64,000 nt of DNA from Takakia lepidozioides (GCA_030704615.1 CM060731.1:43028001-43092000), one strand, 5' to 3'; positions 12,663 to 27,300 are shown, numbered from the stretch's first letter. Notes: generated from the sequence alone by a model not told the origin. Numbers and translations: made by a program.

Positions 12663-15600
12663 GATCTTGCTTTGAAAATTTTCAAAAAAATCGCAACACT
12701 GTCCACATCCTATGGATCCCCTGGATCCCCGGTTGCTCCTTTGGGGCTACCATTCGTCACAACTCTTTAGCTAAAATTCCATGAACCGCTCAGGACTCCG
12801 GGTTGGTATGCACATTGTATGAGCTTGAAATGCAGGTCCGTGACATGAATAACATAGTGGAATCTACATTCCACTTCATTCTTTGATGTGTGTGCCTCGT
12901 GTGTGCACAACTTGTAAACTTCAGGATTCAGATGTTGTCAGTATTCCATCATAGCATGATCAAATAAATTATCTGTTGACAATTGTGACAGAGTGTTCAT
13001 TGTAAACAAAACTCATTTCTCTTAGTGCAGGACATAACTTAGAGATCATCAGCTTCAAGATTCTTTCTCTTGGCTCTGTCTGTGACTCGCGACTTTATCT
13101 TCTAACTGTTAGCTCTTACCCCACCTCGACAGTATCTAGATGCTTGCTTAGTTTAGCCAATGCATGCAGAGAATTCACATATAAGTCTAGTTCCCTACGA
13201 GTTCATCAGTTTCATTGAGGAGCACACTTCAGACATGCAAATATTGGTTTAGAATCTGAAGATTCTTTTGCTCTTTCGAGACCTTGGTTGATGTGCTTGT
13301 TAGGGTCAAACCCTAGGACATACGTATTCTATATACAATACATTGTCTGGTATATACCTATATACCAGGCGCCTTGGACATCAAGGCCATAAGACATAAT
13401 TCGAAGAGCACTAAAAGTCCCCTTAACGTGGAAGGGTTGGATTGAAAAACTTCCATGTGGAGATCCCAAGGAATCTCTATTCGCAGGGGATAATAAGGTT
13501 GACCAGTGGGAATATCCATTCATAGTTTTAGGGTACTTCAGTTTTGCAGGGGCTAAATCCCACTTAATAGAAGAATGAACGGTATTCTCCATTATTGGAG
13601 CCCGCACTGCTCTTCCGCTTCTCATCATTTCGAAAATCTAAGGGCTTCGTTGCTGTCCGCAAGGTCATTGTCATCGGCATCAAAGACGTCCTTAGGTCCA
13701 CCTTTGCAAGGATGCCGTGCTTCCGGAACCGGGACGACTGCCCTTATGGAGGCTTCAATTATGCAATGTATTCGGCCACATCGGGAGACATCATTATCTG
13801 GTACACAGATTACACAGAAGATACTGGTTCGAATGTGGAAACATTGTCCGCTTTTGAGTATATCCCAGGCTAGTACCCCTTCGAGCGAGGTGACGATCTT
13901 GGTCTGAGGAGTCCGTGGCTCCTGCGCATCCTTGATTCCGATTTTCCCAGCTACGACGGGCACCCATGCAGAAGAATGCGCACTGCTATGTTGTTGCGGT
14001 GGAACTGCTGCCAGTGGACGTGGGTGGACTCCATCGGAGTGACTTATACTCCTGAAGGAGTGCGCTCCTCTTCTCCATTGTATGGGGACATTCGCATTGG
14101 TGTGGACGACGAAAACGTGAAGCTTTCCATATTCGATGGTGGTATGATTGAAGGGCACGACATTTTGGTGAACATCAACATGGGCGGTACAACGGCTGCA
14201 ATCCAGTTTACCTGGAGGAGCCCGATGACTCATGAGCTAGTTCTCAGAGCAGTCGAAGTCCCATTGACAACGTGACTTGTATTCAGAAGGCACAGGGCTA
14301 AAGATTTGTTTGCACAATCAGCACAGTAGACGTGCTTCAAATGTGGATCAATAAAAACCCCATTGTGCCCTCTTTTTGTTCTATTCTGTATCCATCGTTC
14401 CCAGAATGCATCATTCCTCATTTCGTTTGGGATTGGGAGTGTGGGTGGATTTTGCAAGTGGCTGGTAGGCTGAAATGGGCCCCCATTGTACAGAGCAGTA
14501 CCACCCTACCATTCGCGAAACATTGCCTTTCAATATGTAATTCTAAAAAACATTGCCGAAACTCCTTCATCGGGAGGTCCTTCTCCCCCTATGACCGTGA
14601 CACCCTAAACCCTATTCCCGCGGACACTCATTTCCGGAAAATAGTCCTGCTCATGTTTTTTTTTACACTTACGACATGGCTCATGCCGCTCATGGCTCAT
14701 GGCTCATGAAATAGCAACCCCCCCTGACTTGACACAGCTTCTTCTATAAACCTCAAATAGATGTGGGGAAGATCTAATTTAAATTAGAAAATTCTATAGA
14801 TTTTTTTTGTCAGGTCCAAAAAACTAAAACCAGGTAGATTTCCCTTTTCTGCAGCTATCCCCCCAAAAACTACGTCAAACGGAGCTCTTTTGACAAAGAT
14901 ATGACCAACCAAACTTTATCTAATCCCATAAACATACTATTTGTCCATTTAATCGACAATAGGCCTGATTTGATTTGATTTTCCTTTCTCCTTTAACTAA
15001 CGGTTTTGTGGGATCAACAACTATCGAAAACCAAAGCCACACTAACGATGGAGGCATTAAGGCAGGTCGGGCCACTGCTCACAAATCGTATAAAACTGAA
15101 GGCCAACGATTGACTTCAAGAATTCTATCCCAGTTCACAACCCTGATCAGAGCCAATGTTTTCAAATAACCTCTTTTCCTCAAGGTCGATATAGCCACAA
15201 AGTTCAATTGCGGAGCTGTTGGGGACATGATCCATGGAATAATTATATCAGTGATATTATCCACATCCTTGTGCCCTCCGTTCCCTGCAGGTTTCCGAGT
15301 TCTCTGTGCCTTCTAGATCAGCTACGTCGTGAATATCAATGTCCAAACTACCGCCGTCACTGACATGGGTGCAGATGAAACATGAATTGCATTGTAGGCT
15401 TGGGAATTTTGTTGTGCAACTGTACAGTATGGAAATAAGTCAGATCGACTTGCCTTCGCTATTCGGTTTCCACCTCACGGTGTTGTCCACGCCAGCCACT
15501 ACCAATTCCTGATAATCACAACATGAAGGGCAACTCTGCAAGGCTTTCGTGAGAAAGTGGCATATCCCATGCAGGCAGTACAGCATCCGACAGTGCCCCA

Positions 15601-16839
15601 ACACCTGCCAAGGGTCACTGGGGTGGCAACCACGCTAATTTTCCTCCAATCCTTGTCTCCAGGTTCCCTCTTGGCTAAGCCGACTTGACCTCAATGTCTC
15701 AGTCCACGATCTTGCATGTGTAGAGGAACCGAGTAGGGAAGCATTGACGAGTGTGAGTGCCAGCCGCTTGTGCATGAGCCCTGCTGAGGATATCAATTGT
15801 GCCTCTCCAGCAAGAGATGAGCCAGCCTACTACCATTCAGGCACTTTTATTTTTGAAGATGTAAACCTCGGCAGCAAATCTGCCCCTAATTTGAGCAGCT
15901 TCAATGCCATGGCTATGTCAGATCTGAACCAGACCCGTGCCCTCTCTGATCGGCACTTCTCCTGGCATATGTGTATTTGTGACAAACCAGCCTCACACTC
16001 CAATCACGTCGACAGTATCCTCATGTGACGTGGGCTGGTCCTCCACCAATTCAATCCCTTCAACTCCATGTTCAACCTTGGCAATGAACATTCAATCAAA
16101 ACGACCAATTGCCAACAGGCTCGTCTATTTCTCTTTTCCTCGCAAGGTCAACATGACGCCCCTTTGAACTTAAGCCACACTTCTCTCTTCACACGTGATT
16201 GGATTCAAGCATCAGTCCCACCTTGAATAACACCCAAGTCGATCTCTGATCATGAGTGTTTACAGGCTGAATTCATATCCACTGTCCATAAGAAAACACG
16301 TTAGACTCCACCGATCGCTGCCCTTCCATTCACAACCTTGCTGGGCATACCCTGTGTTCATCACACTCCATGAGACCTGATGTCAGCCATGTCAATATCA
16401 GTCGCTCCAGCCCTATTGTTTTGATGCCTTCTCCCATGCGGTCATCATGCTTAAAAATCACATTTCAGCCAGCCAGTTAATTGAACACGTTCTCCCACAT
16501 TCAAGTTGTTGATGGTTAAAACCTGATGTCACAGTTGGGCTTAAACCTAGGCTGAAACAGACCCAGCAAATGCACTGCTTCATGCAGGCCTAACTGCCAA
16601 CTTACTGCATCTGCCCAAGAATATCAGCTCTCTTAAATCCTGACTAAAAACAAAAATCCAGCACCTCCTTCCTTGCCACAGGCTTGGTGTTCAACCAGCC
16701 CATCAGCTCATGCCGAAATGCTTCAGGCCTTAGGCCCAACTCTATTGAAGAACCATGGATGGTGTACCTGGTAGCTCATCCCACCCATTTCCTTGCACCC
16801 ACGCAAATCACCAGCCAAAGGTGACCGACCATTTTCAGG

Positions 16840-17015
16840 CTCTTATGCAGGCAAACCTGACATCCTCACTTCAGCATATTGCGGCCACTTACCCAATTGA
16901 TAGATTGCTTGTTGTGATGCCTTTGCTCCATGTGCATGGTCTAATGGCTGGACTGTTTTCATCACTCTACTGGGGGACAACCAGTCTTCCATCGCTGGAC
17001 TATTCTCAGCTTCAA
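16840..17015 (+). pseudogene. Isolated fragment of an acyl-activating enzyme (AAE3/oxalate-CoA ligase-like)
   Basis: ANLTSSLQHIAATY..DRLLVVMPLLHVHGLMAGLFSSL resembles the AMP-binding segment LPLFHVHGL. No other exons seen. Confidence 0.6.
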
Positions 17016-19387
17016 TGTCCGATTAACCCAAAATAAACACTACAACGGCACCCGCTTCAAAGTAAACAGTGCTTAACTAAAAACTCACATCTCGCACTAA
17101 TGATGCAAGGTCATCTCTCTCAAGTGATTAATAAAAACTAGACACCATCACTCATGCATTACGAGTCAAGCCAAGCACACCCCAAAAGCTATGGGGAATC
17201 TGCACTACATGCGCCATAGCTGACGCGGGAGGCTCAACTCAAGAGAGATGAGCCTCACCGCGCGTTCGCCGTGAAGATAAGTCACGCCCAGGGGCCAACA
17301 AATATCTTGACCCCTGGGTTGACACTTGGATCAAGCCCAAGTGTCATATATAAAAACTAGTTATTTATTGGCTAGTTTCATACTACCAGTAAACTTTACT
17401 TGACAGGGGCCGCATGCGCCGTCCATGCATTTAATAGGTCCGGCAGACCCACTGTCTAGCAGACTGCCATGTGCCCACTTCCCAACAGACTGCCGCTGCA
17501 ACTAGCTGCCGGGCAGCGTCGACCAGCAGACTTTGACGTGCTGGAAATGACGGCCCAATAGACCCACCTCAAATAGACTTGCCGCACACCAGATTTGGCG
17601 AACTGGTAGCAAAACAGACTGATATCCCAAGAGAGCGACTGTCATGCTTGCCGCCGTTGTCGCATTTAAGAGGGTCCACCAGACTCCTACGTTCTGATGT
17701 GGACGGCCCAACAGACCCAATACAAATAGACTTGCGGCAGTCCAGCAGACGGCCTGGAGTCTAGCAGTGGTAGTCCAGCAGTCCCAAAAGAGCCTTTGTC
17801 TTGCGAAAGATGATGTAATTGGTGTAGCAGACTTGGACGCGGTGCAAAGTCCGGCCAAACCAACCCACTGTGAACAGACTGGCGGAACAAGAGACCGGTA
17901 AAGTGGGATTCGACAGACACACACATGTTGGAAGAGACCGACTTTCAAGTCACCGTCGAGAGAAGAAACTGAGCAGAAAAGTATCATATCCAATGCAGTG
18001 GTGGGCCACTAGAGCCAACCCGAAAAGTTTGATAAAGTGAGTCTCTGATATCGACACAGATCCAGTGTCTCGCCCACGGACGGTTCAAAAGACTCAGAAG
18101 AAAAGAAGCGAGAAGACTGACGAGAGAAGAGGCTGAGAGTAAACAGGAAACTCGATTGTCCTCAACTGTCCTCATCATGTCAATGGACATGATCCAGTCC
18201 TATGGGCCTCAAACATCCATGCACACTTGCGGAATGTCAGCACATGTCTCAGCGTGGTTCCGTAGGTGTAAATGGATGTTTGAGGACCGTAGGACATGAT
18301 CTTGTCCGCTGAGACGAGGAGCAGTAATGCTGCAGTCTGCTGCCAACCCCTCTATCATACGATCTAGATCATTGACAAAGCATTGGATCTTTGGGATTTC
18401 CATTATGCTAAACTTTTGCACGCTCTTGCATGCCGTTTTACTTCATCCCCTAAACAGTCCCATCGTCCGATATGAAATGTGCAATGTATACACGCCCCCA
18501 TGTGCATATACTTCCACGATTTCTGCCCTCATGGGGTCCGTTGCAGTACGAAGGGGTATCATGAGGGACTAGAAGCAGATGACGATATGGAGGACAGATA
18601 AGTAGTAGCGATTTTATGACATACAAGTATACCATAAAGCCTAACCTTCCCTAAAGCACAACAAGAAGGCCAAAATAGTGGAAGCATATGCACAATGGTG
18701 GCTGTAGAGCCAGTCCTGTCATGTTCAGGCACACCCTTCATCATCAACAACGTTGCTCGTGCACATGAAGAAGACGGCGTGCGTGGGAACACCCTCTGCA
18801 ACATCCGACAACAAAGAGCCCTCACGCGTGCACCATAACGTCCCAATTATTGTAAAATGAGAGGCGAACTTTATTTGGAAGGGAATTTTTTTGAAACTCC
18901 CATGTACAGATTTATATATATTTTTCATTTACAACAATGACGTGGCAACGTTGAGTGAATGAAGTAGTAAGGATGACTGTCACTATGGGACTGTATTCCT
19001 GCTCTACACTAAAACTAGTCTCCCAATGCACTAGATTAATTTTGTTTTTCTAAATTGAGTTCATTTCATTTCAAAAAGAGATGCCAACCCCTCAGTCACT
19101 GAATGCACAGCTCCAATGCAGGAACGGAGATTCTGCTCCAAAGATAATCCAACTGTGGAAATATTTTCACATTTCATCCATATGGATCCCCCGTATGCTT
19201 TTCTGTGGGTAACTTTGCTTATTTGGCCCTAACAGCTGCTTTCAGTAGTATCCCTTAGGTGTCTGCTCTTTTTTAGGGGTACTTGTCCCAAATAATAAAC
19301 TATTTGGTCTGTGAGGGTTGTAGGATGGGGAAAGACTTCCACACCCACACAAGGGACTACAAAATGGAATGCATGTTTTGGAAGCAA

Positions 19388-22300
19388 CTAGTCATCAAAT
19401 TCCCACAGGGATGCGCTACTGGGCCCCTGCACCTTCTCAACCAGTTGAAGGCCTCCCTCGTGATCTTGGCACTCTTTCAGGTGCTGCCGCATCCACTCAC
19501 TGTGCTCTGCACTCGCCTCCGAACTTTGGCACTTGGGCTTCATGGGGTTGTGTGTGCAGGGCTCAAGCGATTGCCCCACCCAGCATACTTCCTGTCCATT
19601 AGCTGTGCTGTTCTCCCCCCTTATGTTGAGAATTAAGGGCTTCAACCCTCCCAGGCCTGGAGACACAGATCACGTGACTATAAACAGATACATCAAACCC
19701 TGCCAGGCTCTCCTGTGATGTAATCAATATACGTGTACACCACCCTCAAGTTCAAAAGAAGCGAAAAGAAAGGAGAAGAAATCATATACACGTTACATGT
19801 AGATATAAAAAGAGAGTCTAAGTTTGCAGCGCCTTTGAAGCTTTGTAATGACAGCATTGGTGTGTCTGTGTTGGACCCATTATCCAGTCACGCAAAACAA
19901 TGGAGGTATTTGTGGTGCCGCCCAGAATCTAGCTATCCAGAACAAAAGGCACGCTGATTCTGATTACCTTGCGCAATATAGCCAAACGTAGAATAGGCGC
20001 TGGTGGCAATTACATCGCTGAAGCTCAACAGCCACATCTCCACAAATGCAAGGTGTTGCTGATAATCAGAGTTGACTTCAACCATCTGGTGCACACAAAT
20101 AGGAAACCAGCTGTAACTCGTTGATCCACAATTATAAATACTTGGAAGGAACTCGGAGTCCACTTCAATACTAGCAAGAGATGTTGTGCATGTGTTACAT
20201 ACAAGTAAACATTGGTCAAGGAACCCAGGCATGAAATTTGAAGCTCAATCGAATTTAGACCCTATTCAGTCAAACAGAGATATTTCATTTGAGCGCTTCA
20301 AATTTCATGTATGGGTTCTTGGAACTTGGGGTTTCTATCCTCGTTGCCAGTTTCTTGACTAGTCAAAGTTTGTGTAGACATTTGCCAGGGAATTTGTTCT
20401 GCTTCAGTGGCAAATATGAACACTTGTTTCCTCCTCGAGGGGATTTACCTTGCATGCACCTGTATGGGTTGATGGACTCTATGTTGTTGCTCTCATTGCA
20501 GCTGACTGACGTATTTCAAGCTCTAGAATTATGTCAGATTAAATGCAGATCTCCGTTTGCTTGTTAGATCTGAGACGCATCAACCTCAAATAGTGAGCAT
20601 TGGGAGATTCAAATGTAGACAAACCAAAGGTGAGAAATTATGGTTAATGGTTGCACTGGTGATGGATTCATGACTTTGAATGTGAACTTTCAATCACGGC
20701 GTTCAGACCCACACTCCATGACAAAGGAGGTTGAAATTTGCATAACATCTGAGATTTATTTACCAGTTAAGAGCAAGATTACCTGATTTGAGACCATGTG
20801 GAAGCGGATCATGGCATTGTCATCATTAGGGTTCTGTCCATACAAATCCCTCAATTCTTCAAAATATTGGCGTTGCAAAGAGGCTACCAACACTGAAATA
20901 TCTGCAGATGGATTGTCCCACTTCTCGTTGAACAGGTTTGAGAGCTCCTTTGCGGCTTCCTCTTTCCGCACTCCAGGTATCACCTGTACTTCACACAATT
21001 TTTGTTTGTTTGTTTGAGAACTTGAAGGGGACGGAGGCCATCTGAATTTATAGCAAGAGGTTGGAAAACTATGAGGCATACACTTCATGAGAGGCGAGGG
21101 ACGAACCCAAGAAACGCAGCGAGAAGATACCGCCTGGCAGAACTTTAAGGTTCGCCAAGAAGCAGAACAGTAAATCTGCGTGGATTTCAAACCTTGTGAG
21201 CCTGCAGGCAGTCAAGGATTCGGTCCTGGGCCCTCGAGTCGAAAGCCCCAAGATCTGAGCGGCCATGGAGTCGTATTTGTAAGCCGACGCGAGTCCTAGA
21301 ACATGAGAGGTAGCCCCAGTATACACGCAAAATGTGACCCCAGATTTCGTTCCGAGGGAGAAGGAGATGGTGGCTGAGTTGCATGAACACTTGGCTTTTT
21401 GAAGAGAACATGGGGTCTAATCGCTCCCACAGCGAAGGAACCATGAACAGCCGGGTTACGTAGTATTGGTTGCTTCGCCATCCGAGCCAGCGAACGTCTA
21501 TAAGGGAGTGGTGGATATGATCGCAGAAGAATTGCTGGTCGGCCCAGCCCTGCCAACCAAATTGGTCCGTTCAGTGGGTTTCCTTACATTATTGGAGCTG
21601 AGCAAGAACTGCTCAGTAAATCTATTCAGGCGTGATAAAAGTTGAATCCAGCTTCAGGGAGCTGGACAGGGGAAAATCTCTGCACAACAAGCAGAAAGCA
21701 GCTATTAATCGTAAGCCCCTCTGGAGATCACGACTCATCTGCATCGAATGTCACATACCTGGATGTGGTCCAGATGCAAATTTACCATGCTGATGTTCTT
21801 GAATTGCTTGTCAATCGCTGGTCCCAGAGAGGGGCCACTCTCAACGTCGTCATACGGAAAATCCTTGGGAAGGAGCCAGGAGGAGCCAGGGAAGGGTTCG
21901 CAAAGCAGATTTGCATATGACTTTCTTGAATCAACCAGTAATACACGGTCAGTGGCAAGCGCATAAGTGAAAGCCGAGATGAGTGTGAGAAGCCTGTTTC
22001 CCAGACCTGCGCCCCCTTCCACGAGCACTAAGTAACTACAATCATCGTGCTTCTCCCTTCCATTTAAAAAGACATCAGTCCAGTTCTTCTTGTAAGAGCA
22101 GGCCTTGTGAAGCTCGCCATAGCGCTTCCATGCGGCATCAAGCTCTGGAGATGCAGCATACCTTTCAGGATCGTTTCTGTAGAGGAGATGTTGCGTTCTG
22201 GCCAGGCATTTGGTATCGTCTCGCGTGACAACCGGATGTATGAGACTGGAGTATCCGTGATGTGTGCCCAAAAGTTTCCTTGACCTCAGCCCTGTCCAAA

Positions 22301-22421
22301 TTCTTGTAGTCTCAATGTCCATCACAAAGCAAAACGAGAAGATAAGTATGCAGCCTATACACATTAATACCAAAGCTTTGTGCCAAAGCGGCGCTACCTT
22401 TGCACTATCCCGAACTCTCAT
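19388..22421 (-). CDS. Xyloglucan-type alpha-1,2-fucosyltransferase (GT37, FUT1/MUR2-like); exons 21759-22421, 21193-21549, 20783-20983, 19968-20085, 19388-19656
   Basis: N-terminal TM anchor, GLGNRLLTLISAFTYAL...DRVLLVD...LCEPFPGSSWLLP, EMWLLSFSDVIATSAYSTFGYIAQGLGGLKP and C-terminal EPC-H...C-D...GLQL. All four introns are GT-AG with matching phases and no stops. Confidence 0.92.
20216..20323. repeat. ~33-bp imperfect inverted repeat (MITE-like hairpin) in fucosyltransferase intron 3
   Basis: GAACCCAGGCATGAAATTTGAAGCTCAA ... TTGAGCGCTTCAAATTTCATGTATGGGTTC. Confidence 0.6.
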
Positions 22422-23512
22422 TTTCCTCCTTTCTGTAGATCTCTGCAAGCTAGTCTGATTCGATTGCGTCTGTGCCTCTTATTTCGTCTGCGTGTGCTTC
22501 TTTTCCAAGCTAAACAGATACAACTGTCATCTTGAGTAGGAATAATTTTCAAGAACTTGAGACAGTCACGAAGCTTGCTAAGATCAACCACATCTTCCGT
22601 TTATATCGAGTTGTCGATAACTGGAACTTGAAAGAGGAAGATAGAGCGAGAAGAGTGCGCTTCTACACAGTCTACTCTCAAGGCCGACAATGGAAGAATC
22701 GTACGTCTGCCTCTCTCAATTCAAAATTAAGACTGAGTCTTATATCCTCACTACGCAGCATTGTCCGTTGGACATTAAATGTTTGAATGTCACGTTTGCG
22801 ATGCATCGCTTCTACAATTGCGCTGCGAAAATGTGACGTGATCCCCAGTCTCTGATCAGTACGGCTGCTTGGAAGTGAAGTGGTGTGCCGTGATGCAGCT
22901 TCGCTCTCTTCTTTGCGCTGCCCTCCATCCATCACCTTTCTTCCCCCTCATGTCACTTGACTCAAATCGACGGTCGGGAAGCTGGAAACGTCTTCATCGC
23001 ACGGCTGTCTTTCTTGTTACGTATAGGCTCTTCTTTAGTGCACTTCTTTAGTGTTATAGTCCCTGTAGCAACTCGCTGGGACTCATCAGTGAAAAAGTGA
23101 CAAGGAGCTTTTGTAACGTCTCCCATGTAGCAATGGTAAACTCTGTCCTTCTTTCCTGTGTGGAAAGTGCTGTCAAAGGAGATCTATGTCTATTTTCCCA
23201 TGAGATTTCCTCTGACACCTCAACAAATGGGAAAAGTAGTATCAAGGAAAAGTGTTGTTTTCCTCCATGAGATCCACTTTTGATACTTTAGATGGGATGA
23301 AGGATAAAGTTTCTTTAGAAGTTTCTCCCTTCAGAGTTACTAGGCTCTCACATTGATGTCTGAATCATGCAATGCCGTGCTTGCGTCTGTTTCTTGCCTA
23401 CGCACAGATCAGCACAGCAAGCATGGGGAACAAGAGAAATAAGCTGAGATGTTCCAGTAGTGATGATTGTCCATTAAGACTCCACACATGCACATCTTTC
23501 TGACGTTTGCAT

Positions 23513-23874
23513 GTCTTAAACCTCAGCCATTAGAGTTATCCGTAAAGTGAGCCCGAGTTTGGTACCCTGTTTGGACCCGAGTTACGGGTTTCATCCTGAG
23601 TTTGAGTTAATCCGTAAAGTGCAGAAAACTGAGCACGAAGTCAGAAAAGAGGGCACCAAATCATAAACTGGGGATGAGGGCAACCGCAAACGTCTTAAAC
23701 CTCAGCCATTAGAGTTATCCGTAAAGTGAGCCCGAGTTTGGTACCCTGTTTGGACCCGAGTTACGGGTTTCATCCTGAGTTTGAGTTAATCCGTAAAGTG
23801 CAGAAAACTGAGCACGAAGTCAGAAAAGAGGGCACCAGGGCACCAAATCATAAACTGGGGATGAGGGCAACCGC
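23513..23874. repeat. 179-bp tandem duplication covering the left end of the MITE
   Basis: GTCTTAAACCTCAGCCATTAGAGTTATCC... at 23513 and 23692, near-identical. Confidence 0.92.
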
Positions 23875-24093
23875 TGCTATGGCGTGAGCTCTGGCCGCCT
23901 CCGCCTCGACGACTAACAAAACTCGGCACCAAACTCCTCCCACCCCCATTTTCCTAGTCCTCCTAGTCTTGGCAATTTGGTCCCGTGTTTTTTTCTAGTC
24001 GTACAGCTTGATCCCGAGTTTCGAGTTTCATACCGAGTTTTGGCCAAACTAAGGGTTCTCATGCCGAGTTTGGGACCCTTTATGGATAACTCT
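23532..24093. mobile_element. MITE (Tourist/PIF-like)
   Basis: TIR AGAGTTATCCGTAAAG ... CTTTATGGATAACTCT, flanked by ATT on both sides, with CCGAGTTT subterminal repeats. Confidence 0.65.
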
Positions 24094-24319
24094 ATTGTAG
24101 CCTTCAAGGAATGAATACTGCAAAACTCAGGCGGATATTTCAGGGCGACATGGAGCGCCGTTTCTTACTGAACCATCAACTGTCACTTTCCCAATACTGC
24201 TCTCTTGTTGTCAATGAGGCATGTAATCAAGTGCAATGGGCATCAGAGATTCCGAGCTTCACTAAGAAGCGACATAGAACAAGATACCATATCATATGAC
24301 TTCAGTCCCTGGTGTTTGG

Positions 24320-27300
24320 TGTTAGAATTGAGCAAGAACTAAAGTCTTAGACTAAAGCTTAAACTGATTACTGAGAACTCTCCACCCAACCATGGGACCA
24401 CAACAAGCTGTGTCCACCCTCCGAGCTCTCCCTATTTATACTCAAAGTCTAATCCAGAATAGCTGAGATAACTATAGCATAACTCCATGCTTTTACTTAA
24501 GTTATCTCCACCTGCTATTCTGGTACAATGACTTGAGTCACTAATAATTAAAGCTAACTTTAGCTATCTTTTAGCTAACCGAGGCTTATCTCTATTGTTA
24601 ACTGTGACTTGTCAGTATGTCTGGTTGTAGATATGTTTAATTACTTCCAACACTCCCACTCAATTAAACCATATCATTGAGCTATTTCGCGAGAAGAGAC
24701 ACCAAGTAAGGTTGAACACTTTATGTGTTTTGTTTGTGGTAGACTCTTCGTCAAAATATCCGCAACCATATCTCATGTAGCACAATAGATCATCTTGATC
24801 TCTCCCTTGCATACAACTTCTCGTATGTAGTGATGTTGCACTTCAATGTGCTTCGTCCTTGAATGATATTTCGGATTCTGACTCAGTGCAATCGCACTTT
24901 GATTGTCACAATAGAGAGTCGTAGGTAGTGATTGGAGATAATCCAAATCTCCAAGCAACTTCCGTAACCAAATAGTCTCCTTTGCTGCTTGTGTAATGGA
25001 CATGTACTCAGCTTCTGTTGATGACAACGCTGTTGCAACTTGTCGTTTGCTAGACCAAGATACAGCTCCACCTGCTAGGAGGAAACAATGGCCTGAAGTT
25101 GATTTTCTACTATCAATGTCTCCTGCCCAGTCAGCATCAGCAAACCCCAACAAACTTGGATCTTCCACTCTCTTATAGAGTAGACCAGAGGTTGATGTTC
25201 CTCTTAGATATCGAAATATCTTCTTCACTGCTTTCCAATGGGTTTGTCCAGGATTTGAAAGAAATTGTGAGACCACTCCCACTGAATGTGCAATGTCTGG
25301 CCTAGTACAAACCATGCAATACATCAAACTGCCGACTGCGCTTTGATAAGGAGTTTTCCTCATATCTTTTTGCTCTTCTTGAGTCTTAGGTGTCATATCC
25401 TTCGTAAGTTTCAAACCAACTTCGAGAGGAGTTGATGTTGGCTTACTCATCTCCAACTTAAACCTTTGTAGAATTGTCTCAATGTATTGTCGTTGATGCA
25501 TGAATATTGTATGGTTCAATCGATCTCTGCTAATTTGAATACCAAGACAGAACCGAATCTCACCCATGTCAGTCATGGCAAACTCAGCACTTAACAGTGC
25601 TTTGGTTTCTGGCAACAACCTTTGATGATCGTTGGTGACAATGATTGTGTCATCCACATATAGAGCTATGACCACAAATTGCTTTCCCATTTTTTTCACA
25701 TAGATGTTTGTGTCAGCAATGCTTCGCTCAAATCTTGCTTTTAAGAGGTAAGCATCGATCCTAGCATACCAAGCTCGAGGACTTTGTTTGAGTCCATATC
25801 AACAAGTGGTTCACCAACTTCGACTCCTTGATCAACTCCATCAAGTTGAACACCTCCATCATTTGCTTCAGCCATCTCTTGTATTGGCTCCTCATAAGAC
25901 TCATTTTGAAAATGGTGTAATGGCTCTAAGCTCATTCCCATGTCATCTTCTCTCACTACCAAAGAGGGTATGAAGCTTTCATCAAACACTACGTCCCTAC
26001 TGTGTTTGACAGCCTTAGTTGTCTTATTGAACAACTTATATCCCTTTACACCTTCTGTGTAGCCAATGAAGATTCATTCTTCTGATTTGGAGTCAAGTTT
26101 CCTTCGCTTCTGAGTAGGGATATGGACATATACACGGCATCCAAAAATCCTACAATGAGCCACACTAGGCTTCTGACCACTCCATACCTCTTCTGGTGTT
26201 TTTCCCAACACTGATTTGGTAGGTATTCTGTTGTGAAGATAGGTTGCAGTGCCAACAGCTTCTGCCCAAAAATGATTTGAAAGATTCACTTCTTTCAACA
26301 TACTCCTTGCAGATTCTTGTAGTGATCTATTCATCCGCTCAGCTACACCATTCTGCTCAGGTGTATATGGAACAGTAAACTGTCGAGCTATTCCATTCTC
26401 TTGACAAAACTGATTGAAAGCCTTTGAGATGTACTCACCACCATTGTCAGATCTCAAAATCTTAAGAGGCTTTCCAGTTTGTTTTTCTGTAAGTACTTTG
26501 AACTCCTTGAATTTCTCTAGTACTTGATTTTTCTGTCTTAAGAAATTCACCACAACCCTCCTTGACAAATCATCAATGAATGTCACAAAGTACCTTGCTC
26601 CTCCAAGTGATGTGGTTTGCATTGGCCCACACACATCAGAATGTACAATCTCCAATATACTTATGGCTCTTCGTCCACCATCCTTAGGAAATTGACCTCG
26701 ATGTTGCTTCCCTTCCAAGCAACCTTTGTATAGACGCATATCGCTCATCTCCTTCAATGGTAGTCCTTCCACAAGATGGCTTGAGAGTTGCATCTGTCTC
26801 AACTTCTTAATGCTCACATGACCTAACCTTCTATGCCACAACTCTGTTTCTGACATGACAGGTGTAGATCCCAACTGTGGTGAAAATGTGGTAAGAGCAC
26901 TAGAGACATGATGTTGTAATCTATACAAGCAATTATCAAGAATAGCTCTTGCTACCACAGCTCCTGAGCTATCTGTGATAGTACAACTCTCATCTTGGAA
27001 TACCACTCTGTATCCCTTTGCAACAATTTGCCTTACAGACAACAGGTTCTTTGTTAAAGTAGGGACATGTAGGACATTTTCCACCTCTATGGTTTCCCCT
27101 TCATCGAGCATAAGAGAGACTGAGCCTTCCCCACTAATGACATGTTTGCTATCATCTCCCAAAAGAACATATTGTGTAGGTGAAAGAGATCTATAGGATA
27201 AGAAATGCTCTTTCTCTGAACTCATATGTTGAGATGCTCCTGAATCAACATACCACACATGTTTCTGTCTAGTAGTGGCTGAGAGAGACACAACAAATAA

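Noticed and set aside
17380-17420. U1 snRNA-like start (ATACTACC...GACAGGGG)
   Set aside because: It lacks ATACTTACCTG and an Sm site.
17038-18960. CACTA element (CACTACAA plus short internal repeats at 17549 and 17702)
   Set aside because: No matching TAGTG end, TSD or transposase motif found.
19388-19666. Independent Cys-containing ORF or LINE fragment
   Set aside because: It is the last exon of the fucosyltransferase (GLGGLKP...EPC).
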